Below, piece by piece: positions 8,743 through 15,599 of a DNA stretch of 15,599 nt (its first letter is position 1; each line of letters opens with the position of its first letter). A program made the position numbers and the translations under genes. The notes under the pieces are model-generated. The model was not told the origin of the DNA and made no database searches. It was given only the letters and a program-made list of their open reading frames with translations. The stretch covers positions 1-15,599 of the forward strand of contig JBCCEA010000058.1 of assembly GCA_039030515.1 (NCBI GenBank). The letters are read 5' to 3'. The stretch is from Myxococcota bacterium. Its GTDB lineage: Bacteria > Myxococcota_A > Polyangia > Polyangiales > Houyiibacteriaceae.

Positions 8743-10269
8743 CTACGGAGCTGAGTCAGAGCAACAGCGAAATCCCAGTGTAGAGAGTGCCGTATCCTCA
8801 GTGGCTCGGGACAGGTCCGTCGCGCAGCTAAGGCCGAGTTCAGGGGACTCATGAGATCCTCCTCGAATGACGTAGATTGGCGTTCCATTCGAGGTCGTGC
8901 CTCGTGAGTCGTCGGTCCACTCCTTGACGTTGCCGCTCAGGTCAAATGCTCCGGAGTCGCTGACACATCCAGCGAATCCACCAGTTTCTGAGGTGATGTG
9001 ATCTACCATCCCTCCGGGTATTGAATCGAAGTCTGCGCCGTTACAGATGTTGGCTTGATAGCTGTTTCCGTAGGGGTAGGTGGTCGTGCCGGCGCCGCTG
9101 CATGCGGCGGACCACTCCGCAGCTGTACAGAGCCGATGACCCGCATTTGCGCATGCCGAAGCCGCTGCAGAATAGCCAAGGGTGGTCCAGGGCAGCACGC
9201 CCGGTTGCGAGCAAGCTCGGCTGGTGGACACGCCTGCATCAGAGGCCGTTGCGCCCGGGCGAGACGCCTCGTAGGCATAGATGTAGAAGTCCAAACCGCT
9301 GTGATCGACCCGAACCATGTCGTCGATGATACGTGCAGGATCCGCCGGGTCGGAGTTGTCGACGATCCCGTCGCAATCGTCGTCGACCGAGTTACAGACT
9401 TCCGGACCTGGTGCCCCCGCGACCGCGTCGGGTGGAAGGCTCAGGTCGCATTGGGTGGCGCGCTGATCGTTACTGCAAACGATAGCGCCAACGTCACGAC
9501 AGGCACCTAGTTCGCCGTTGTCGCACTCATCCCCCAGACCCTCAAATGAGTCGTCGACCACGCCATCGCAGTCTCCGTCAAAACCGTCGCAGAGCGTTTC
9601 CTCGAGCGCGATCCCGTTGGGGATGAGCTCCTCAAACTCGACCGCCTCGTCATAGTTGCAATACCAAGTGGTCGTGCCTCCCCGCTCTGTACATACGGTT
9701 GTCGTTCCAGCACACGGCGTGTTGGCCGTAGTGCGGCAGAGGTCGGTGGGCGGAGCAGGCAGGTCCTTCGCTTCATCGATAAGCCCGTCGCAGTCGTCAT
9801 CCACCCCGTTACAGTCCTCCGCAAGTACAGGAAACACCGGGCAGCGATACTCGCATCCTTCCTCGCTGCTCCTGACGTCTTCAAAACCTTCGAGGCAGGA
9901 AGACACTGCACACTTCGCCGATACACACGCGACGTTTGCATTTGCAATGATACATTCGCTGCCGCATCCGCCACAGTTGAAGATGTCTGTCTCTAGGTCG
10001 AATCCCTCGTCTACAAGCCCGTCGCAATCGTTGTCGAGTTCGTCGCAGAGTTCTAGGCCGCCGTCGTCAGGAATGCATACGCCGGAATCGATCTCGTTAT
10101 GCAAACCAGAGTCTTCTAACGAACCATCGCGAACGACGAAGGATCCGTCTGAAGAGGTGCTCTCACAGGTGACGCAAAAAGGGTCCACTTCGCATGCGGC
10201 AAGCAGTATCAGAGGTGCAATCGTCCATTCCTTACTGAGTCTTCTAAATAGTGAGTGTTTGAAACGCAT
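8743..10269 (-). CDS. Lipoprotein with four MopE-type Cys/Asp repeats and C-terminal FGE-sulfatase (SUMF1/CLec-fold) domain
   Basis: Lipobox ILLAAC; repeats ELCDELDNDCDGLVDE, EDCNGVDDDCDGLIDE, TLCDGFDGDCDGVVDD, EVCNSVDDDCDGIVDN; Stigma1-like DIFNCGGCGSEC; FGE-fold motifs RLCTAAEW, YPYG, FDLSGNVKEWT, RGGS, GFRCC. ATG 10269 lies 5 nt after the upstream stop. Confidence 0.88.
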   Translation of the reverse strand: MRFKHSLFRRLSKEWTIAPLILLAACEVDPFCVTCESTSSDGSFVVRDGSLEDSGLHNEIDSGVCIPDDGGLELCDELDNDCDGLVDEGFDLETDIFNCGGCGSECIIANANVACVSAKCAVSSCLEGFEDVRSSEEGCEYRCPVFPVLAEDCNGVDDDCDGLIDEAKDLPAPPTDLCRTTANTPCAGTTTVCTERGGTTTWYCNYDEAVEFEELIPNGIALEETLCDGFDGDCDGVVDDSFEGLGDECDNGELGACRDVGAIVCSNDQRATQCDLSLPPDAVAGAPGPEVCNSVDDDCDGIVDNSDPADPARIIDDMVRVDHSGLDFYIYAYEASRPGATASDAGVSTSRACSQPGVLPWTTLGYSAAASACANAGHRLCTAAEWSAACSGAGTTTYPYGNSYQANICNGADFDSIPGGMVDHITSETGGFAGCVSDSGAFDLSGNVKEWTDDSRGTTSNGTPIYVIRGGSHESPELGLSCATDLSRATEDTALSTLGFRCCSDSAP

Positions 10270-10274
10270 GGAGG

Positions 10275-13200
10275 TCACCTTCTGCGGCGCTGGCGCAACA
10301 CTGTCCACAGTCCTACGAGCCAGCCATAGAGTGGAATGCTCGGTGATCCCGATGCGCTACAGGCCGACCCGCCGCGGCCCGTGGCCAAGACGTACGATTC
10401 CGGGCTGCCGGCCACCGGTGCTTGCCCTGAGTCGCTAAGGAAACACTGCGCCTCGCCACTTGCTAGCACCGAGCATGCAGATTCTGGTGGGCACAAGGTC
10501 AGAGCACAGGGATCGTCGATGCAGCCGACCGATAGGGCGCACACCTCGCCGGGAGAGCATGAGGTGACGCAAGGGGAAGCGCGGCACGAGCCCTCGATGC
10601 AAAAGTCACCATCGCTGCACACTACGCCCGCGCAAGCAGAGGTGACGCACCGACCGTTTGCACTGCAGGTCTCGTCTTCTTTGCAGTTCGATACGCTGCA
10701 GCTTCGGACGCAATCCCCGTCGATGCAGGCCTCGTTACTGCCGCATGAGGACTCTGCGCAGGGATCATCAATGCATTCGCCAGCGTAACAAATCTGAGTT
10801 GCGAGCTTGCATCCCTGTACATTGCAGTCTTGACAAACGCCCTGTACGCACTCGGAGCCAGGTTTGCAGTCGATGCCGAGACATGCGTCGACACAGACAT
10901 CGTCGATACACCGCTCTTCGGAGGTGCAAAACGCGCAGGCCGTCGGAACACAGAAGTCATCGCCCAGTTCGGGATAGGACACGCATTCAAAACCCGGCTG
11001 ACAACCGAATTCTCCGGAGCTGCAGGGGCTCCGACATCCCGCTTCGAGACAGGCTAGGCCGCTTGGGCAAGGTGCTTCCTCGTCGGTTTCCCCATCGCAA
11101 TCGTCATCCTCACCGTTGCATGTTTCCGGCAGCGCGGTGACGGCTCCAATGCACTCCAGCGATCCGCGTATGCATTGAAGCGCTCCCGAAGCGCATCGAC
11201 CGGTGGTCTCGCCGCAGCTTGCACCCAGAGCGGGATCTGCCTCGTCGATGGCTCCGTTGCAGTTGTCATCGCCCCCGTTACACACCTCTTGGGTTGGCGT
11301 GCACGGCGTGCTGCAGGTAAGCATTTCATCGATTCGGCCGTCGCAGTCCTCGTCCGATGAGTCACAGGTTTCACTGGTGGCTGTTGCGCCGGGAGCGCCG
11401 ATCGAACACTCGGTTGTCGCTCCGTCCGCAGTGCACTGTATCGTCCCGGTCCCCAAGCAAATTCCCAAGTTGCCGTCGTTGCAGGACGAGCCCAGTCCAG
11501 GGAATCCCTCGTCGATGAGCGTATCGCAATCGTCGTCGGTGCCGTTGCACACCTCGGTGCGAATCGAATCGGAAATGATCGATGTGAGTGCCGGCACGAG
11601 TTCTTGCGGAGTGGTGACGAAGGAAGCTGCCCTACTGCCGCCAGAGCCAGCATCTGCAATGTCGTTGAGCTCGGTTTGCTCAGAGGCGAGTACGCTGACC
11701 GCAACCACGTAGGTTTGTATCCCGTAGACATCAAATAGATTCCTTGCGGACGCAACGGGATCTCCTCCGCAGCTTTCTGCGCCATCAGTGACGAGAATGA
11801 TGTCGTACCCTCGGCAGCTCGTGCAGGGGTCGGTGGAGCGTAGCGGAACGATGTAGTCTTCTAGGCTTTGCAGAGCGCCTGCAAGAGGTGTGGATCCAGT
11901 GGCCCGAAGTTCGCAATCCCCGCCCCCGCTATGATCGCAATAGTTCCCTTCGGTTGTTGTCGCTGAAAAGTTCGTTTCTCTCCCGTCGAGCCAGCGAACC
12001 ACATCGCGGGTGTCTGAGCCGAAGCCCGCCAGTATGTCTGCTCCACGTCTCGGAGGGCCGCAGGAACCGGCATAGTTGATGCACTCTTCTCCCCCGGTGG
12101 AGTCTCGACGGATATCGACTGAACTCGAGGCGCTTATCGGTACGTTGCACTGGACCGGGCCGGTGTTGTCGGTTGGGTTGTCGTAGGTGGCAAAAATGCC
12201 TGCGCATTCGATCCAAGTTGCGAGTTGACAGTTGCGATCTTCACCGGTGTCCTGATGATAGCGGGCGAGGGCAAAATCGATTTCCGGATAATTGCTTATC
12301 ACCTGACCCAGAGCCTCTTTGGCGAGAAATAGGCGAGAGTCGCTCGGGCTGCCGTCTCCATCGGTGTCGATTCCTGCGTGGTCGAGCGAGCCGTCTCCGA
12401 AAGTTGGAAATCCGTCGAGGTCTTGCAGCATGGAAGCAGAGGTGTCTACGACGACAGCGACGCGGGGCTTGTCGCATATCGCTGGTCCGAGGCAGCTTGG
12501 ATCGGGTCCGGTGTTGGGGAGGCAGGCGGTAGGCTCTCCTGCGGTGCAAGCAGCTTGAGCAGTTTCACAGGCGCCGATGCCGCAGCTAGAGCTTCCGGTT
12601 GATTCGTCGATCACCCCGTCAAAGTCGTTGTCGTAGCCGTCGCACAGTTCGCCGACGTATCCAATATTGAGCTGCAGCTCCCCAGCGCCTCCGCCCGCCT
12701 CGCCCTGACAAATCGAGCACACGCCGCCGAGTCCGCCGGAGACATCGAACGTAGCGGCAGGCGAGAGGGTTGCCGTTTGTGAGACGATGCTGATGATGCC
12801 GCCGCCGCCGCCGCCGCCGCAATCATCGCAGGTCCCGCCCGACTGAGCGTTCGACGCGCAGTCTCCGGAAAAGGGAGAATCGCTTGCGGCGGCCAAGGTA
12901 TCTCCTCCAAGTCCACCGGAGGCGCCAACCCGTGCTCCGCCACTCACCGTGACGTCGTCAGCGACGATCAGGACCGAGCCTCCTGCGCCTCCGCCAGCGG
13001 AGTCGTTTCCTGTACCACATCCTCTTCGCCCGTCCGCATCGACCCTACCTTCGATCACCACCGTTCCTAGGCCGCCGTCGGTCAGTGCCGCCAGGACCAC
13101 TCGGCCACCACCGGGGCCCGCAACGTTGGGCTGGTTGCCAAAACCGTCCCCATCGCGGCATCCCTTATCACCGCCCGATGCTCCAAATTCGATGTCCCAG

Positions 13201-13760
13201 ATCGAATGGACATACGGAGCTCCGGCGACGGTCGGTAGTGCGTCGTTGTTCCGGCAGTTGGATCGAGAGCTGCACGCGGTCTCGTCGCTGTTGAGCGTGT
13301 TGCCGCAGTCCTCCTCGAACTCGTCCGGAAACTGGCAAGAGTCGTCTGGGCTGATGAAGTCACAGTCTTTGGTTCCTCTACCCCCGCGTCCGAAATGGGC
13401 GCCTCCCCCTCCAGAGTCTCGTACCGAGCAGCCTCCAGCGCCGCCTGCTTCCGGAAACGGGCCTGCTCCGTCACCGCAGCGTGGAGCCTGGTATCCAGAT
13501 CCGCGGGCGCTGATGGACGAAGTGGCATCGACGTAAATCGATGGCGCGACGAGGACGAGATTGCCGGTATCTAACCGGTTTAGGCCGTCAAACGGCGCGA
13601 CTTCGATCGAGCCGCCGTTGCGTACCTCGATCGTGTCGTAATGGTGGACCCCGCCCAAAACGAGGTTGGTTCCGTCCACGATCAGATCGTTTGCTGCCGC
13701 CGCTGAGGACCAAGAAAGAGCGGCGACCAACGCCATACGTGCCCCAAGCACTCCGCGCAT
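10275..13760 (-). CDS. Large surface protein: signal peptide, Gly-rich domain, vWA domain (MIDAS), five MopE-type repeats, Cys-rich repeats, MYXO-CTERM-like tail
   Basis: Signal ...LVAALSWSSAAAA/NDL; GGGGAHFGRGG, AGGGAGGSVLI, CGGGGGGGIISI; vWA VAVVVDTSASM, GSTPLAGAL, ILVTDG; five ExC[DN]xxD[DNE][DN][CF][DN]xxxDE repeats; C-terminus GGSACSASG...LYGWLVGLWTVLRQRRRR. Start could be GTG 13778, ATG 13760 or a downstream ATG. Confidence 0.9.
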   Translation of the reverse strand: MRGVLGARMALVAALSWSSAAAANDLIVDGTNLVLGGVHHYDTIEVRNGGSIEVAPFDGLNRLDTGNLVLVAPSIYVDATSSISARGSGYQAPRCGDGAGPFPEAGGAGGCSVRDSGGGGAHFGRGGRGTKDCDFISPDDSCQFPDEFEEDCGNTLNSDETACSSRSNCRNNDALPTVAGAPYVHSIWDIEFGASGGDKGCRDGDGFGNQPNVAGPGGGRVVLAALTDGGLGTVVIEGRVDADGRRGCGTGNDSAGGGAGGSVLIVADDVTVSGGARVGASGGLGGDTLAAASDSPFSGDCASNAQSGGTCDDCGGGGGGGIISIVSQTATLSPAATFDVSGGLGGVCSICQGEAGGGAGELQLNIGYVGELCDGYDNDFDGVIDESTGSSSCGIGACETAQAACTAGEPTACLPNTGPDPSCLGPAICDKPRVAVVVDTSASMLQDLDGFPTFGDGSLDHAGIDTDGDGSPSDSRLFLAKEALGQVISNYPEIDFALARYHQDTGEDRNCQLATWIECAGIFATYDNPTDNTGPVQCNVPISASSSVDIRRDSTGGEECINYAGSCGPPRRGADILAGFGSDTRDVVRWLDGRETNFSATTTEGNYCDHSGGGDCELRATGSTPLAGALQSLEDYIVPLRSTDPCTSCRGYDIILVTDGAESCGGDPVASARNLFDVYGIQTYVVAVSVLASEQTELNDIADAGSGGSRAASFVTTPQELVPALTSIISDSIRTEVCNGTDDDCDTLIDEGFPGLGSSCNDGNLGICLGTGTIQCTADGATTECSIGAPGATATSETCDSSDEDCDGRIDEMLTCSTPCTPTQEVCNGGDDNCNGAIDEADPALGASCGETTGRCASGALQCIRGSLECIGAVTALPETCNGEDDDCDGETDEEAPCPSGLACLEAGCRSPCSSGEFGCQPGFECVSYPELGDDFCVPTACAFCTSEERCIDDVCVDACLGIDCKPGSECVQGVCQDCNVQGCKLATQICYAGECIDDPCAESSCGSNEACIDGDCVRSCSVSNCKEDETCSANGRCVTSACAGVVCSDGDFCIEGSCRASPCVTSCSPGEVCALSVGCIDDPCALTLCPPESACSVLASGEAQCFLSDSGQAPVAGSPESYVLATGRGGSACSASGSPSIPLYGWLVGLWTVLRQRRRR
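12798..12818 (-). repeat. Perfect (GGC)7 trinucleotide run encoding Gly7
   Basis: (gcc)x7 on the + strand within the Gly-rich domain (DDCGGGGGGGIIS). Confidence 0.85.
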
Positions 13761-14002
13761 CACGCCCCAGCATACCACCAGAAGCAGATTTTTATGCTTT
13801 TGCTATTGAAATATTCCGAGTTCAGCGTTCCAAAGTGGGTCAAAAGCTATTGGATACCGGCACGCAAGTGCGCTAAATCACAGGAGTCGGCGCAGATCCG
13901 AAATGAAAAAAGTCAAAGCAACGATCGAGCGAATCAGTGATGCGCGCTGTACACAGACAGCGAGGATGCTGAATTTACTAAATTAATTGCCCGGAGGTTT
14001 GT

Positions 14003-15181
14003 GTGCAGCACAAAAGCGATGTGGTCGTCATCGGAGGCGGAGTGGTCGGCAGTGCGACTGCGTACTTTTTGGCCAAGTCGGGTGTCGCGTCGGTAGTTGT
14101 GGTCGAAAAAGATCCTTCCTACGAGTTTGCGTCGACGTCGCTCTCCGCCGCCTCGATTCGTCAGCAGTTTACGACTGATGAAAACGTGGCGATGTCGAGG
14201 TTTGCGGTTGGCTTTTTTCAGAACCTCGCTGACGAGCTGGAACTGGAGCCAGAGCAAGCGGACGTAGGATTTGTAGAAGGAGGATACCTCTTCCTATCGG
14301 ACGCCAATCGAGAACAAGTGCTGCGTGAGGCGTACGAGAGGCAGCGTAAGGCCGGCGTCGATGTCGCATTGCTCGAACCAGATGCGCTCGCGGAACGATT
14401 TCCTTGGCTCAATCTAGAAGATATTCATTGCGGCGCCTTGGGACTCTCCGGGGAGGGATGGTTCGATGCCTACACAGTCCTTATGGCCTTCAAGAAGCGA
14501 GCCCGATCACTCGGAGTTCAGTACGTGCAGGACGAAGCGGAGCGGATCGTACTCAAAGAGGGAAAAGTACATTCGGTTGTGTTGCGGGAAGGCGGTCCGA
14601 TTCAGACCCATCAGGTGGTCAACGCTGCCGGGCCCAGAGCCGCAGAACTCGCCGCAACGATAGGGGTCCACCTGCCCGTTCGAGCGCGTAAGCGGCAAAT
14701 ATTCGTGTTTCGAACCTCGGCGAAGATTCCCGAGACGATCCCCCTGGTGGTCGACCCCAGTGGGGTCTATTTCCGCCCCGAAGGAAACGCCTTCCTATGC
14801 GGTTGGTCGCCCCCCGAAGAGGCCGATCCGGACGCGTCCGACTTCAAAACAGATGCGTCACTTTTTGAAACTCAGTTCTGGCCAGTGCTCGCTCATCGGG
14901 TGCCCTCATTCGACGAGTTAAAAGTCGTCCGTTCCTGGGCCGGGCATTACGCGGTGAACACCGTCGATCACAACGCGATCGTAGGCTCGCACGAGGACAT
15001 ACCCGGCTACTACTCGGCCAACGGGTTTAGTGGGCATGGCCTGATGCAATCCCCCGCTATTGCCCGAGCCCTAAGCGAGCTTATCGTCCACGGAGGCTAT
15101 CAGACCCTAGATCTGTCGAGACTTTCCTTCGATCGACTTCGGGATTCTTCGAGGCATATTGTCGAGCGGCACATCCTCTAA
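14003..15181 (+). CDS. FAD-dependent oxidoreductase, DAO/sarcosine-oxidase superfamily, FOXRED1-like
   Basis: GGAGG RBS at 13993-13997 before GTG; VIGGGVVG Rossmann motif; DPSYEFASTSLSAASIRQQF...ENV; EGWFD; VVNAAG; SWAGHY; NGFSGHGLMQSPA. Confidence 0.92.
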   Translation: MQHKSDVVVIGGGVVGSATAYFLAKSGVASVVVVEKDPSYEFASTSLSAASIRQQFTTDENVAMSRFAVGFFQNLADELELEPEQADVGFVEGGYLFLSDANREQVLREAYERQRKAGVDVALLEPDALAERFPWLNLEDIHCGALGLSGEGWFDAYTVLMAFKKRARSLGVQYVQDEAERIVLKEGKVHSVVLREGGPIQTHQVVNAAGPRAAELAATIGVHLPVRARKRQIFVFRTSAKIPETIPLVVDPSGVYFRPEGNAFLCGWSPPEEADPDASDFKTDASLFETQFWPVLAHRVPSFDELKVVRSWAGHYAVNTVDHNAIVGSHEDIPGYYSANGFSGHGLMQSPAIARALSELIVHGGYQTLDLSRLSFDRLRDSSRHIVERHIL

Positions 15182-15184
15182 CCC

Positions 15185-15307
15185 CAGCGGGCCTATGTTG
15201 GCCCAAACAGCTGCTTTCCTCCTCGCTCGTCGTCGTCAGGTACCTTAAGTACCCTCCTCCTCCTCGCCACGGGGGCGCTAGCTGTTTGAACCAACCTAGG
15301 CCCGCTG
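15185..15307. repeat. 123-bp palindromic REP/MITE-like element with 28-bp inverted arms
   Basis: CAGCGGGCCTATGTTGGCCCAAACAGCT (15185-15212) versus AGCTGTTTGAACCAACCTAGGCCCGCTG (15280-15307): 25/28 complementary; central GGTAC-CTTAA-GTACC hairpin. Confidence 0.8.
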
Positions 15308-15315
15308 AGTACGCA

Positions 15316-15389
15316 TATGTCGGCCCAAACAGCTGCTTGCCGAAGGTGCTCGTCGTCGTCAGGTATCTTAAGTACCCTCCTTCTCCTCG
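15316..15389. repeat. Second, direct and partial copy of the palindromic element
   Basis: TATGTCGGCCCAAACAGCTGCTT...GCTCGTCGTCGTCAGGTATCTTAAGTACCCTCCTTCTCCTCG closely matches 15194-15266; offset 122 bp. Confidence 0.8.
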
Positions 15390-15440
15390 GCCCAGCGCGT
15401 CACGATGGGTGTGAACGGCCAGCGCCCCGCACGCGCAGAC

Positions 15441-15493
15441 GTGAAGGAGTATTAACGATACTTCGAACGTCGAGCATGGGAGGTAGCAACTGT
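15441..15493. repeat. Third, degenerate, inverted copy of the element core
   Basis: Reverse complement ACAGTTGCTACCTCCCATGCTCGACGTTCGAAGTATCGTTAATACTCCTTCAC aligns with ACAGCTGCTT...TGCTCGTCGTCGTCAGGTATCTTAAGTACCCTCCTTC and keeps the GTAT/ATAC stem. Confidence 0.6.
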
Positions 15494-15599
15494 CTTTCGA
15501 TGTTCTTCATCCGCAGGTTTGCCAGGCATAGGCGCTCCTGCGGTGCATGCGAAGACGACCCTGGCCTTCGCGCAGATGTGAGCGCTCAAAACCGGCTCA

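Noticed and set aside
8743..8900. Diversity-generating retroelement target (FGE/CLec domain ending GFRCC)
   Set aside because: No template repeat differing at adenines and no reverse transcriptase in the window; a remote DGR cannot be excluded without a genome search.
8743..9320. Catalytic formylglycine-generating enzyme
   Set aside because: The catalytic CxxxxC after RGGS is absent (RGGSHESPELGLSC) and no sulfatase gene is nearby.
9055..13536. Several long + strand ORFs (e.g. 9656-10438, 11203-11712, 12949-13536)
   Set aside because: Ser/Pro/Gln-rich antisense shadows of the Cys/Asp/Gly-rich minus-strand genes, with no motifs of their own.
8743..13760. Assignment as traA/traB or cglB/cglD
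   Set aside because: No recognisable PA14-like TraA head or OmpA-domain partner; the vWA protein is not a lipoprotein and is far larger than CglB.
13858..13874. Sigma-54 promoter CGGCACGCAAGTGCGCT upstream of the FAD oxidoreductase
   Set aside because: The -24 element is good but the GC of the -12 element is off by one base, and sigma-54 spacing is strict.
15194..15493. CRISPR array
   Set aside because: Units are ~73 bp, diverged, only two direct plus one inverted, and there are no cas genes.
15453..15598. 3' end of a minus-strand CDS entering from the right edge
   Set aside because: One frame is open for ~48 codons but has no recognisable motif and overlaps the repeat and hairpin cluster.

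Overview
GC-rich bacterial window, very probably from a myxobacterium (Myxococcota), judging by a MYXO-CTERM-like sorting tail and Cys/Asp-rich MopE-type repeats. In order: (1) the 5' part of a phospho-sugar mutase on the minus strand, missed by the ORF track because it runs off the window; (2) a divergent, overlapping gene pair encoding a POT/PTR peptide transporter with an unusual ~210-aa PKD/Ig-like insertion before its last helix, and a 6-TM voltage-sensor K+ channel with an RCK domain; (3) an intergenic region with a 15/19 Fur-box match and an SD-sequestering hairpin ahead of a small hypothetical ORF; (4) a stand-alone P5C dehydrogenase (pruA); (5) an HExxH metallopeptidase lipoprotein; (6) a two-gene cell-surface module: a Gly-rich/vWA(MIDAS)/MopE-repeat/Cys-rich/MYXO-CTERM protein followed by a MopE-repeat/FGE-sulfatase (CLec-fold) lipoprotein; (7) a FOXRED1-like FAD oxidoreductase; (8) a cluster of palindromic REP/MITE-like repeats. 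No RNA genes, CRISPR array, transposase or reverse transcriptase were seen. All domain calls come from motif recognition by eye, not database searches.
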